DNA of 64,000 nucleotides from Ginglymostoma cirratum (Eukaryota), in the NCBI GenBank assembly GCA_024137785.1, contig JAHRHZ010000140.1, forward strand, positions 30,609,687-30,673,686, given 5' to 3'. Made by a program: the position numbers and the translations under genes. Position 1 is the stretch's first letter; each line of letters begins with the position of its first letter. Below, in pieces: positions 37,225-50,279 of this stretch. The notes under the pieces were generated by a model. It was not told the origin of the DNA. It worked only from the letters and a program-made list of their open reading frames with translations, and did not search any database.

Positions 37225-37535
37225 TCTGTCAGCATATCCTTTGATTCCTTTTTGCCCGTACATAAGTATTCAGCTTCTTCTTCAAAATGAATATATGCTA
37301 TTTGCTTCAATTGCTTCCTGTGGTGGCAAACTTCAGTCTAAGTACTCCCTGGGTAAATACTTTCTGGATTCATTGATGATTATTTTTGTAGTTACAGTTT
37401 CTAGTTTTAGATAAGTGGAATAACCTAGTTTATGTCTACGCTGTTAAACACTTTCTTGATTTTAAAGACCTTGTTTAGTTCAGTCCTCAGCCTTTTCTTT
37501 CCAGGGGAAAGAATCCAAGCCTTCTAATATTTCCA
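37225..37535 (-). mobile_element. CR1-type LINE 3' fragment
   Basis: Reverse complement resembles the CR1 ORF2 end (fragments like EKKRLR and KVFKIKKVFNSVD) followed by 3' UTR. Confidence 0.6.
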
Positions 37536-38364
37536 GCTAAGTTAGATTTCTCATGAAGTAAAGAGGATCCTGCTCAATTGCAGTAGTGTGATGATAGTGT
37601 TCTGTTTGATATGCTCCTGCACCAATATATTAGTGAGAGATTAAAGCAAAATATGAAACCAAGCTTCAGACATTGGTCTAGAATAGAAAAAAAACAGTTT
37701 TAATGAAGAGCTCTCTTCGATGAACAAAATGTCAGTTAACTTTTAGCTCTGCTTCATTACAATGGTGCCTCAACATAATTTTCTGCTCATTTATGTGATT
37801 TGCATCTACTTGTGCTAGTTGGTTGACATTAAATAGAGAATCCCTCTGAGGTGGAACTTTCAGCAGCTGAGCACCATTATTACCACTCAGGAATGTAGTG
37901 TAATTGAAAATAATCAAGGGTGGGGGAGGAATAAATAGACTTGAGAGTAATCGGCGGAAGGGAATGGGAAATAAATATGTGAATCTAGCTGTGGAAAGCA
38001 ATGTTTATGGAGGTGATCGAATCTTTCAGTTGAGTACACCTTTTTAAAATCTGTGCATTTAACAAATAATTCAATCTGTCAATTTATATATGACTGGTGT
38101 TATATATATATTATTCTCTATGTATCTGAAGGAGGTGAGATGAATTTCCTCCATGTTTTTCCTGCTTAGCTCTTGCAATTTTTGATGTATAAATAAAAGT
38201 TGAGGCAACCAACTGTGCATAACTAGTGCTAATTATTCTAAAGATGGATTTGCTTCAGAGCACATGAGGAATTCTTTTGTACAGATGAATAAAAAGGACA
38301 TATATTAGCCATATAAATATAGTTTGCTTATTGTCATTATGTAATTATTCAAAATGTTTTGCTT

Positions 38365-38680
38365 CAGCAGGAAGCAAAGGGTAAAATAAAGGTGGAAGTA
38401 AAATTGGAATTGAAGGAAAAAGACTTGAGGGAAATTGAGGTGCAAAGGAGAAGACGCAGGGCTGAAGGGAAGAGGGAAGGAGAGAGGGGTAGAGATGAAA
38501 ATTGGACGGAGGAGAGGAGAAACAGATTTAGGGGTGGAGGAGGAGAGAAAAGGATAGGGGAAGATGCAAGTGTAAGAAATGGTAGAGTGGGGGCAAGCAA
38601 AGTGAAGAAGAGAATAGGAAAGGGGATGTATAGAGGGAAGGGAATGAGGGGAGAAAGGCGGGAAGGGAAGGAGAGCAGAA
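38365..38680 (+). repeat. Purine-rich (G/A) low-complexity tract
   Basis: Strongly G/A-biased sequence over ~300 bp. Confidence 0.85.
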
Positions 38681-38952
38681 TATATAAATATCATGACTGG
38701 GCTCTGAATGTAGCTAACCGATAAGGACTGGAAACCATACTAGTGCAAACTCATGAAAGTTTGTTAACTATTTACAAGATATGGTGCAGCAGGATTCCAT
38801 TAGAATTATCTTTTCTCAGGTCCCAGTTCCATGTGATATCACCAATGATGCATTCTAGTTATTATTAATACAGCTATTAACCCCTTATGTTGTGGAGAGG
38901 GAAGGAATTGTGTTGGAATAGTTGGTTATGTGTGTAGTCTTTAGTATTACTT

Positions 38953-39157
38953 ACTATACAAGATCCCCTCTAAGTCACACATCATCCTGACTTGAAGATA
39001 TATCATGATTTCTCTATTAACATTATGTCAAAATCATAGAATTGTGCATGTCACTGCAAAGTATGAATTGCAGCGGTTCACGAAGGTAGCTCACTACCAT
39101 CTTCTCCAAGGCAATCAGGAGTGGACAACAAATGCTGAAGGAATAAGAAATAATAAA
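38953..39157 (+). mobile_element. CR1-type LINE 3' tail
   Basis: cccctctaagtcacacatcatcctgacttg...gcagcggttcacgaaggtagctcactaccatcttctccaaggcaatcagg...aaatgctg. Confidence 0.7.
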
Positions 39158-39509
39158 TGGTTCTTGGATGAGAAACTGAAAGGAAACTTCTGTCCTACAT
39201 ATGGGAGTCACCTCATTTGGGTTGTATATGTGGCATATATAGCAACAGTAAGAGGAAGCTTCCATTACAGCTTTGTTAACTATTTGTTAAAGTAAACCTG
39301 TTATTATGAGTGTTGTCCTTTTCACTCAAGATGTGACTAAGTTGACGGAAGAGTATGGGGACCAGGGTTAGTGAGGAAGGAAGGGAAAATGAGAGCAAAG
39401 GGGAAGGGAGGAGAGGGGAGACAGTTATAGCAAAATTCAAAGTCAAGTGGAGGTAGAGAGCCCAAAATATTGGAATGAGGACTACCACAATGGCTTTTAA
39501 AAACAAGCA

Positions 39510-39797
39510 AATTCCTAGGATGTAGGTATCACTGAAAAATCAGCATTTATTGCCCAGCCCCATTCTCGAGCTGTCTGTGTACTGAACGTGTGGTTTGCTT
39601 TGCCAGAAGGCAGTTAGGAATCAATCACCTAATATGGATCTGGAGTCACATATGTTGAGACCAGAGTAGACAAAGAAGGTGGATTCCTTCCTTGAAGGAT
39701 GTTAGTGAGCCAAATGTGTTTTTGCAATAGTTGCATAGTCACTGTTACCAATACTAGTTTTTAATTCCCTAGCTGCCACAGTGGAATTTGAAATCAA
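39510..39797 (-). mobile_element. tRNA-derived SINE, same family as 22795-23166
   Basis: cagcatttattgccca...ggcagttaggaatcaatcac...ggatctggagtcacat...ccttccttgaaggatgttagtgagcc. Confidence 0.7.
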
Positions 39798-41480
39798 GAT
39801 TGATCCCATTACCAAATATTTTTTGAGACAGTCATGGAGCAAAAAATGTCGATACAAGATCCTCCTCCTCCATTTGGAGTTTACCAGTGCTTCCCAGGGC
39901 CACGTTCTGGCTCTGCAGTTTAGCAGCAAAAGATGGTAGAAAACAGGAACATTAGCTGCAATGCCAAGCTGACCCACTCCCTCGGTCCCTTGACCCTCTC
40001 CAATCCAACCTGCATGTAGCCAATTGGACAGCAGCAGACAGCAATGAGCCTGAAAGATATTGTGAAGGATAAATTGCCTCAATAATTCTCAACCATTCTG
40101 TGAGATAGAGAATACAAGGTAAAACAAGTGACTGAAACTGATTATTTTCAAACATTTACATGTATGAATGCTGTCAAGAATAAACATTGACAAGCGTTGA
40201 TTCTGCCTTTTTCTTCCCTCATAATGGTAAAGTCTAAAACCTGTGAGACATTCACATCTTTTTATTCAATTTACTCATGAAAATTTAACAATTGAATATC
40301 TAGACGTTCACAGATTTTTTTTTGGTGCAGTTGAGAGAGCATGAGAAAAGAGGCACCTGTCAAATGCAATTTTTTTATTAAAGAGTGTTGAACAAAATGG
40401 GCAGAAATGAATTAATAGGCAGCTTGAAAGAGACAGGTTATGTCTACTGTTGAAACTTTTTTCTTAACTACTGTGTCTTTTGCCACTAAGATAACTCTCA
40501 CCAGTTTCTATTAGTGAACAGGCACTTTATTTCAATGCTTTTAAAATGTCTGTTTTGGCATGCATAATCATTAGTTTCAGATTCTCTGTATCCACACACC
40601 ACAATGTTGACAAACAGTATATGCTACAGTGAGCGGTCAACACAAACACTCAAACACATGAATGCAATGGAACAAAGCTCCTACCTCAAGTTTTAATTGA
40701 ATGTAAACAAAGATAGATGAGAATGGTTAGTGTTATAACGATTTTAATGAAGTAAAGCTTTACTAATGTTGTGATTTATTTCACAATTATCCTGCAATCG
40801 CCCCTGTATCATGGTATGTAACCTGATGATATGAATATCTCGAGCTTCATGTTGGCTGGGGCAACTTGAAGCATGACATGCTGCTGAAAGCATGCTTCTA
40901 TTTGTAAACAAATAGCCTAGTTTTAGCCCAGACACTGAAGTGCCTGAAAAAGTAGTAAATGTATATAGCAAACATCTGTTGAATCTATTGGAAGTACCTA
41001 CTTATATTTAAGAACAATCTGGCAGATATTTGAAGAGTTTGGAATATTTGGACATTCCCTGGATCAAGAGGTGTTATACCCTGTGATTACATAGAAATGA
41101 CACCAGGAGTTTAATATGTGCTGTAAGCTACCTACTGTTTTTCTTAAAATCAAGTGACTTAGGAGAAGCTGCAAAGCAAAGTTCGAAAAGGTAAGGAATG
41201 GGTTTCACTGCTTAATTATGGGGAAAACCTAACTTTGAGATGGGGCTCTTATGTTAATAGTTGCCTAGAAATCCACTTTTGTCTTAAAGTGATGTTTTCT
41301 GGCCCAGCAGTGAGAGACTAAAATTGCCATCCAATAAGCTGCAGTCTCTCTACTCAAATTCTGTCTCACTGCAGAAGTTTCTGGGAACTGATAGATTTTA
41401 CCGGGTAGGTAGAAATACTGATATTTGGAAACTAAGTGGAATGTGACCAATTTTCAACAAATTGAATCCAAGCTTATTGG

Positions 41481-41697
41481 CAGACAGAGGAGGCTAGAAG
41501 AACGCAGCAGGCCAGGCAGCATCTGGAGGAAAGGAGCTGTCAACGTTTCGGGTAGTCCCCTTCTTCCAGTCTTGAAGAAGGGTAATACTCGAAACATTGG
41601 CTTCCACATTCTGCCAGATGCTGCCTGGCCTGCTGTGTTCTTCCAGCCTCCTGTTTGTCTACCTTGAATTCCAACATCTGCAGTCTTTTGTCTCTAA
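41481..41697. mobile_element. Palindromic PLE-derived element with two divergent degenerate hammerhead motifs
   Basis: 13-bp TSD ccaagcttattgg / ccaagtttattgg. Long inverted arms (ggaggctagaagaacgcagcaggccaggcagcatctgg / ccagatgctgcctggcctgctgtgttcttccagcctcc). Confidence 0.85.
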
Positions 41698-43672
41698 CCA
41701 AGTTTATTGGAATCAGAACTGGATATTTATCATCAATCTACTGCTGTCAGAAGTTCAGCTTCATTGAAAGAAAATTTATTAGGCATGAGAAGACATTGCA
41801 TTTGATTGTTTTGCTTCTAAAACCTTGGCCTGCTGATTAGTTTTTGCCTCTCCTTTTTAAAAAATTATCGCTGCAAACCCTTGTCGTGTTTTTGCAGTAT
41901 GAATGTTTCTGGCTGTGGCAATAAAGTGACATATTTAATTTTGGATCTAAGCTTATATGTAAATCTAAACTTGCAACTTGTTTTAAGAATAAGTTTTGTT
42001 TAATATAAATAGATTATTTTTGACCTAGTTAAAGGAGTTTGGCAAATGTTTCTTCTATTTTTGATAGTACTGAAGAGCAGCAATTGGCTATTTTGGAAAT
42101 TGAATCAACAAATTTCTAAAAGTGGTGCAACTGGTGGAGTAGTGGTGTTTGATTATCAATGTATTTCTCCTGCCACATTGTAAAAAATCTTTCAGTACCG
42201 TGTTCCCCACATCTATTTCTTAATGACATAAGCATTGCCACATCAAGTACAAACATCCTGCTGGAGGCATAGCTCACACCATGGTGGCAGGCCATGGTCA
42301 GCAACAGTGGCTGTTTATAAAAGAGACTAAGTTCTTATCAGTAGATATTTGGAAATCTCATTCTAGATCACTTCAAAGGATTTGGAAAACTAACAGCACC
42401 AATTTCTGCAAGTACAGATCAACAAATTGAACAGCCAATGACAGCTTTGCTTTCTTTCTGCTTAAAATATATATCCTGTCAGGACTGAACCCATGTTTCT
42501 CTAACTATAAAAAAATCATGAGTCTGCACTCCAGTTTAAATGTTTAAAAATGTCAAAGGCTCTCAAAGCTTAAATGCAGAACTCTCCGAGATGAAATACA
42601 GCTTTTAAAACACACACACAAAGAAGTTAGAACCTAACAAGTCTTATATGTGTGCAGATGCTGTTTGGCCTGCCATCTTGACACTCTAATTCATGCCAAG
42701 GCAGAGGAAGATCCCCCATGACATTATCATTCCTTATTTAGCATGTACCCCATGCTACTGCAGGCCCCTATTTCTTAAAGGAACAGTCTAAAGTGACTAA
42801 ACATAATAAAGGAGCGGTAACAACAAAAATAAACAGAAGCAGAAAAAGGGGGAAAACACGTCAAACATGAGAAACAAGAAAAGAGATGGAAACAAATACA
42901 TAAACCTTGCACTCTACTTCTCAACAAAGTCAAACTCCTTCGATCAGCAATGGAAAGCAAACACTTTAATATGGATTGAGCAGCCAATGATACCTTTACT
43001 GATTTACAGCTATGTAAGCAAGGTATGCAGCTTTAGTGTATAGGTTAAATAGTACATGATCCCAAAAAAATCTCTGAAAATCTTGCTTGCCATCAGCCAG
43101 GAGTGATCTCATGAATTAAGACATCTAAGCTATCTGTGGTTGATCAGAAAGATAAAGAAAAGATCTGGAGGGTGCTTGAGACCAGCTCAAGGTAAGAATT
43201 GATGATATGATTAACAGACTTCAACTCATGTTATATAAACAGAAACCCCCAGAGCCTATTCTTGGTTTCAGAACAAGATGCTGTAGCAAAGGATATGAAT
43301 GTGATTTCTCTGAAGAACTCTCAGATTGGTTCATTGATTTTAAAATGGCCTCTATACTGATTGGAGCCTGAAGAAAGGACCCTCTGAGGAGGAAGAAGGC
43401 TATACTTTTGAAGTATTCTTGACAATAATGCTAATGTGAAGGAATAGTAGAAGGTCAACAACAAATCCATTCTTTAGGTCAGCTAACACCATTGCTACAG
43501 ACAGAAATATGCACCAGGCCACCAAGATTTGAAACGTACAATTTTTCACAACTAAAAGTTGTCCAACATTGCTTCACATCTGCAAAGGACATTGGACATG
43601 CATGCATGCACAGGAAATCTGGTTCCAAAGCCAATCCAGACCCTGGAACAAAACACAGGTGAACGACTACAT

Positions 43673-43964
43673 GGTGGCACAGTGGTTAGCACTGCTGCCT
43701 CACAGCACCAGGGACCTGGGTTCAATTCCAACCTCGGGTGACTGTCTGTGTGGAGTTTGCACATTCTCCCTGTGTCTGCGTGGGTGTGCTTCGGTTTCCT
43801 CCCACAGTCCAAAGATGTGCAGGTTAGGTGGATTGGCTGTACTAAATTGCCCGTAGCGTTCAGGGAGGTGTAGATTAGGTGGGTTATAGGGGGATGGGTC
43901 TGGGTGGGATGCTCTGAGGATTGGTGTGGACTTGTTGGGCCAAAGGGCTTGTTTCCACACTGTA
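43673..43964 (+). mobile_element. HE1-type SINE
   Basis: ggtggcacagtggttagcactgctgcctcacagcaccagggacctgggttcaattcc head through gtttccacactgta. Confidence 0.93.
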
Positions 43965-45108
43965 TTACACCATATTTACACCATTCTATATACACCATAA
44001 TTCTTGCCGTGAGGACGGTATTGAGAATATGTATAAACACAAATACATCAACAAAACAAAGGGCAAGGTTTGGAAGATGATCAAGCTTTCACATCATTAA
44101 CCTTCCATATTTCATTGATGGTTTAAAGTTATCAGAAGGTTTTACAACCATTAACATAACTTGTCCTGCAAGGGCAGGTTGATACACACCAAAAGCTAGC
44201 ACTGATGCAGGGCTAGTCACTGTGCATTCTGAAAGACATATACCTTAGCAAGTCAGACTCCATGGTACAAGCTATGAGAGACCACTCCTCAGTACAAAAT
44301 GGATCACCAATTCCATGTGTTGGCAGAATCGCACAGCAGTGCCAATACACACACTCATTTGATTCTTGAAATCTTCTACATGGTAGAGACCAAGGGATCA
44401 TTGACAGGACTACCAGATCATTATGTAGCCCAGTTCATGAGATTTAAATTACACCCACTGTTTTGGAACAGACTATATGTGATGCAATTGAATTGACTGA
44501 AGTTGAAACTGATCTGTTGGACTTTGGCTAGGGCCAGTGTGAACTGTTGCAACTGGCAACAAACTGCTGAAAATGAGCAAATACAAGAGTTAGAACAAAC
44601 TGTAATCCAGGGATGGCCTGATTAGTATTAAATAAGTTCCAGAGAACATTAGTTCATCTTGCCATACAGAGGTGAAATTGGTAATTGATAGCAGGTTATT
44701 TTTAGAAGCAAACAAGTCCAAACACCAAAGCATTATGTCTGGATCTCATGACCAGGTTATACCAAGTGCATATGAGCATTAAACATACAAGAAGGCTAGT
44801 ATCTGCGTAATGGCTAGGAATCCGAATATTCAAAGTCTTGTGAGTGCATGTGAGGCATGCCAATTTACAAAGCCCTCACAGAGGAAGAAGCCTCTAATTC
44901 CATATTATGTCATGCCGACTCCTTGGACAAAAATGGCAACAGACTTATTCACTGTGCACGGGGAAGGTTACAATCTTGTTATAGAGTACTTATCCAAATT
45001 TCCCATTGTCACAAACACAATGTGTACAACGATCATTGACACCATGACTGCTATTTTCAGTTTATTTGTTGTTCCAGAATGGAAACTGTGTGATAATAGG
45101 CTGCAGTA

Positions 45109-45320
45109 ACAAAAACAAAAATTACTGGAAAAACTCAGGAGGTCTAGCAGCACCTATACAGAGAAAGCAAAGTTAGTGTTTTGAGTCCTTTGAAGAAGGG
45201 TCATCAGTTAACTCTGTTTTCTCTCCATAGATACCGATAGACCTGCTGAATTTTTTCCAGCAATTTCTATTTATGGTTCTGATTTCCAGCATCTGCAGTT
45301 CTTTGGGTTTTTTTGTTTGT
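45109..45320. mobile_element. Palindromic PLE-derived element inserted in the Gypsy integrase
   Basis: Degenerate 15-bp TSD taataggctgcagta / taacagactgtagta; inverted arms ctggaaaaactcaggaggtct / agacctgctgaattttttccag; internal tgaagaagggtca. Confidence 0.8.
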
Positions 45321-46529
45321 TAACAGACTGTAGTACACTGGCAAATCTTTTCAAGATGTATTCTAAATGGGGAGTGACCATATCTATATGATGTTGTTAA
45401 CCAGATTTCCCCAACTCAAATGGTCTAACAGAATGCATTTTATGCATTACCTAATCAATGGTCTTCAAGTGTTGAGCAACAAAACCAGATTTTCACATTG
45501 CATTTTCATGCAACACCAATTGGGAAGGGATTTCCACACTGATGACACCTAATACTCAGAAGGCAAGAGCAAATGACCTTGCCTAAAGATCAATTGTCCA
45601 ACCATTCTGAGACATAGGACATTCTTATTAAAAGACGGAGAAGAATGAAAGAGATACATGACCAGTGAGCAGGTAGAGAACAACCACAACTGTGCAGTGG
45701 GCAAAGAGTGTGAGTCAGAAATATAAATACACCAACTTGATAACCAGCAAATGTTTCAAGAATAAACAACTAGCCTAGGTCATAAAAATCATTACTGATC
45801 GTGGTGCTATTCACTTGGGTAGCACATTGAAAATCAGGGCACAATATTTCTGGAGATTTAAGATTTTAAAAGAAACATCCAAAATCCCCAATTTACCTGA
45901 TTTTCACACCCAGATTGATAAAAAGCATGGATCAGTCTTCTGTACTTAACAAGCGTCACTATTTATCATCAGTCATTAGATTCTAGCAGCGGGCAAATTA
46001 AAATAAATAAACTCTAAAAAATAAAACTTTAAACTTTTTACAAGCACCCCCTTTCATACACACAGTCAGAGAAACATAAATTGGGAAAGTAACATGTGAG
46101 TCGATGAAAATTGAGAAAAAAGCCCTGCAGTCTTTGTTCCCAGATCTGTTAGGTTGGTTCTTGTTAATACAAAGCTTTCTCCTTGACCTTTTTTCAAATG
46201 CTTCCACTGGTTTGCAAGAGGCACAGGGTTGCTGTTTCACTTATAAAAGGTCTCTGACTTACCCAATTCAAAGTCACAGCTTGGAACATCTCCTGAACGA
46301 AAGATAAACTAGTTTCCTTCAAGTCTGAAGTGGCTTACTGCTGAGAACGGAGAAAAATAGTTTTTTGGCTGCTGCCGATCTGTTGGTTTCTCTTCTGGTC
46401 TTTGATGTCTGCCTGTCTTATCTGTATCAATTCAGTCATTAATCCATGCCTCTAATTCTATGTGCTTTAATTTTTTCTAACCAACCTCCTGTTTTGGGCT
46501 TAATCGAAGAACCTTCTGAAAATCGAAAT

Positions 46530-47335
46530 ATGCTAGATCCATTTTATATCATCAATTTTGTTAGTGATAGCTTTAAAAAACTTCAATAATTCATCAAAGA
46601 AGGTTTTCCATTTGCAAATCCATGCTGACTATGGCTAATTAGATCAATATAAAACAGGTGTTTATAACAGATTCTAATATTTTCCCAATTACTGATGTAA
46701 GGCTATCAAGTCTGTAGTTCCCTGCTTTATGCCAATCCCTTTTTAAACGGTGACTGATATTTGTTACCTTCCAATCTACAGGAATTATTCCAGAATCTAT
46801 AGAATTTTAGAAAATAATCATCAATGCATTATATCTATAGTCACCTCCTTTAACACTCTGGAATGTAGAACATCAGGTCCAGAGGGATTCATCAACTTTC
46901 TTCCCTATAAATTACTGCTGTGGAATATTCTTACTAATGATAATTTCCTTTAATTCCTCATTCTCCCTAACTACTTGAATCTCTATTTCTGGGAGAATTC
47001 ATCAGTGAAAACTGGCAAATTTAACTATTTAGCTTCTCTACCATTTACCTATTTCACATTATAAGTTGCTCTGACTTCATGTAATGGATCCAAAATTATT
47101 CTAGCCAATATTATCTCTTTATGTACCTATAGAAGCTTTTACAGTACATTTCTATGTTTTTTGTTATATTGCAGTCAGATTCTATTCTTCATTTTCTTTT
47201 CATTTCTCAGACCTCCTTCAATGTATTCAATAAACCTCTCAGTCCTTACTGATATTTCTGGCAACTTTATAGATCTTTTCTTATAATCTAATAAAATCCT
47301 GAAGTTTCTTTGCTAGCCATAGTTGACTAGCTTGT
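46530..47335 (-). mobile_element. CR1-type LINE ORF2 fragment (pre-RT linker and RT start)
   Basis: Minus strand gives SGPDVLHSRVLKEV, DWKVTNI and GNYRLDSLTSVIGKILES. Confidence 0.8.
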
Positions 47336-47344
47336 TTTAAGTTT

Positions 47345-47877
47345 TGAAATTTGAGTTTTTAAGAACTAAAGGTGATTTCATTGAAACCTGCAAAATACTT
47401 AAATGTGTAGACAGTGTAGATGCAGGTAAGATATTTCCCTTGGTTGGGAAGTCAAAAACTGGGGGCACAATTTAAAAAATGAGAGGAATGCGACTTCAGT
47501 CTGAGATAAGGAGAATTTTTTTTTACTCAGAGGGTTGTGAATCTTTGGAATTCTGTACGACGAGGTTGTGCATTTGAAGTGGGTTAATGTAGAGAGTAGG
47601 TTTAGAGGAGATTTTGATTGATTTCTGATTACCATCTGAAGATGGGGCAGGTAAAAAGCATTGAAATGCTCACTCAACCATGATCCTATTTAATGGTGAA
47701 ACAGGCTCAACAGGTTGAATGACCTACTCCTTAGAATCCCTACAGTGTGGAAGCAGGCCATTTAGCCCATCAAGTCCACACAATGCTCTGAAAAGCATCC
47801 CAACCTATCCCTGCATTTCCCATGGCTAATCTACTTAGCCTACAAATCCCTGGACACTTCCTGTTCCTATGTTCCCA
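47345..47877 (+). mobile_element. CR1-type LINE 3' end with an HE1 fragment inserted in its tail
   Basis: KGDFIETCKILKCVDSVDAGKIFPLVGKSKTGGH...FFTQRVVNLWNS, then 3' UTR ending tgaatgacctactcct...tcctgttcctatgttc. Confidence 0.85.
47732..47858 (-). mobile_element. HE1-type SINE 3' fragment
   Basis: tagaatccctacagtgtggaagcaggcc...ccctggacac. Confidence 0.85.
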
Positions 47878-50279
47878 GAATGAAGCAAAACTGTGACTAC
47901 CTGCTTTCTGAGGAAATGTCTAAACAACTCAAACAAAAAATAGTTCTATCTTCACAGCCCATCTCTATGACATCATGGTATACTTTGAGATGATTTTAAT
48001 AGAAATGGAAACCAATAATTTACCTTCAACAAAATTCTTTGATTTTGTAAACCACATGAATAACTTACATCTCTAATAGAGTTTCATGACCTTTTTCACA
48101 ATATTGCTAGCTTTCAGCTTCTTTTATGAAGATAATGACAGACATCTCACCTATACCAAAAGGCCCACAAATATATCTATTGTTCACTATCTATACTTTT
48201 AGCTGTAATCTTAGAGATAAACTAGGTTAGCTCTGATCTGTAATTAACTCCAAACTTGTCTAAATTGCATTTACTTCAGCGTTGCTTATCAGTTTCCCAA
48301 TCAGATGTTTGACTTATATTTAACACTTTAACCCCCAACGTAAAAGATATATTCCTAAAACCAGAAGTTTACATCATAAAATGTATGAATTCTGAAATAA
48401 TCTTTGGAACAGTGATAAAAACTTTTGATGCAACTGAATCTCAAGTAACCATGTTCTTGCAAGTAAGGTAACTATTTAGAGTGGAAAGACATTGAATAAC
48501 ACGGTTTCATAACTATTTGAGGCAATAGTTAATGAAAGTAATGTGGAGCCATTAGAGATGAGGTTCAACATCTCAAAGGAAAATAATTTACTGAGTTACA
48601 TAGAAATCAATTTGAAACATAAATTGATGAGCAAGGCAAAACAAACCAGCTTGAACCATGTCAATGCAACATTACTGATGACACAAGTTATTGTTTTGAG
48701 GTGTGATAGGAGAGATGTTTCAAATATGTTAAACGGGATAGAGTTTTGTAGAATCGCATGAAGTTCTATGGTAGAAGAAGCAAGTATATAAATGAAAGAA
48801 TAAATAATTGTATTCCCAGCGAAGAGAGAAATGTTTTACCAGATGGTCTGAAAAGTATTAATTACCAGTTTGTAGCTAAAATGGAAACTAGCCCAGTGAG
48901 TTCTATACACATTTTGAAATATTTAAATAGGAGCAAACTAGTTTAACAAAGGAATCGCATATTATAAAATGCCTGAGCTGAACAGAGAGGGAGCAGTGCC
49001 AAATGAATGTGTCAAAAGCATTTAAGATGTCAGGAGAATCAGCATGAGTTTCAACATTTTGATTTAAACCATTGGCCCCATGCTAATAGAGAAACAGTTT
49101 GAGATCAAGGGTAGAGTAACCTGGGAAGAAGCCAAACTCTTGATTGAAGATTAAGGATGTGGAAAAACAGTTAAAAAAATTCTAGCTATAATAGATCATA
49201 TTGTGTTGCTAACGAAGAAAGGACTGATCAGGTCAGTAATTGATGGATTACATTTTTCTTCCAAATATTTATAACCAGTCCTGGCCATGCAAAGGGTTGA
49301 AGAGGTGTAAAACAATTCAAGTGTGTAAATGAACAACAGACTATTTAAGAATACAGAGCCTGAGTTATGGATTTAATTCCTGTGACCATTAGTTCTCGTG
49401 TGTAGAGCGTAACATCTGGGTTTCATCCCCTTTGTTATTTTAGCCAATGCAACAGCCATCTCTGCACGTTCACATTGGAAATGCATCAACATGATGTTTA
49501 GATTTCACCCTCGTTCAGTAAAGTCAAGTTAAAATAAAGGTCTGAACTTCATAATAACGATCCATGGAGTGTCTACTGTGCTTTGTTTGTATTAGTTATT
49601 AATTGGTTGGCAAAACCCAGAGCAAAATACAAGTAAAAACTTGGATATCATCTCTTGCTTTATAAACATGGATAAGTTGTTGTTGTCAATCCATTTCTCT
49701 CCATTTAGCGGTTTACTTCTCAGCTATTTTAAGGGCACTTGGCCTTTTGCACAATCCAGGCAGTCTTGGCCATTATTTTGCTGGTTGAGTCATTCAGGAA
49801 ATCAACATCTAACTGTTCAAATTGAATGGCCCTCCTGTTCACCATCCTGCTAAAATATAAGATTCTGAACTTGTCTTTTATGTATTTTACACCAATATCA
49901 GACTTCATCCTGGTCCTGTTTTCTCTGTTTTTGGTACCTGGGAGGGAGAGTTGGGTTATAAGCTATTGTATTTACTGTTTTGTTCTTCCTGCTTAGTCCA
50001 TTCAGTTCCATTGATTGGATGGATTGCTGTGTACAGATTGACTACTTATATGTATTTGCATGGAAGATATGGCTAAAACTTTTCATTTCCAAGTATATCA
50101 GGTATTTAAATTTATAATCGAGTGCAGAACCTCCAGCTCTGGAAGTGGCAAGAGGTGAATTTAATTAGAATTGGCCTAACTTACTCCTAACGGAGGCAAG
50201 CTGTCAGTTTCTGGAAAAAAGATAGGTGGTGTCCCTTGTGCAAGACAAAGGGAATTGACAGGAATTGTGGCTGTTAAGA

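Larger units (their letters stand above)
43030..45810 (+). mobile_element. Decayed Gypsy/Ty3 LTR retrotransposon internal region (gag, integrase), with nested HE1 and PLE insertions
   Basis: Gag-like KIWRVLE...RLQLMLYKQKP...RTRCCSKGYECDFSEELS; then QTVIQGWPD; then the integrase CEACQFTKPSQRKKPLIP..PTPWTKMATDLF...VIEYLSKFP (ORF 44810-45109), DN..Q/YTGKSF and SNGLTE. RT appears largely deleted. Confidence 0.8.

Noticed and set aside
38305-38724. Charged or Pro/Ser/Phe-rich ORFs on both strands
   Set aside because: Products of the purine-rich low-complexity tract.
41155-41190. 36-nt exon candidate ending AAG|GTAAGG
   Set aside because: Weak acceptor and no supporting context.
43552-44040. 162-aa ORF and similar recurring peptides at 19203, 25806, 35302 and 56511
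   Set aside because: Read-through of HE1 SINE sequence, not a gene family.
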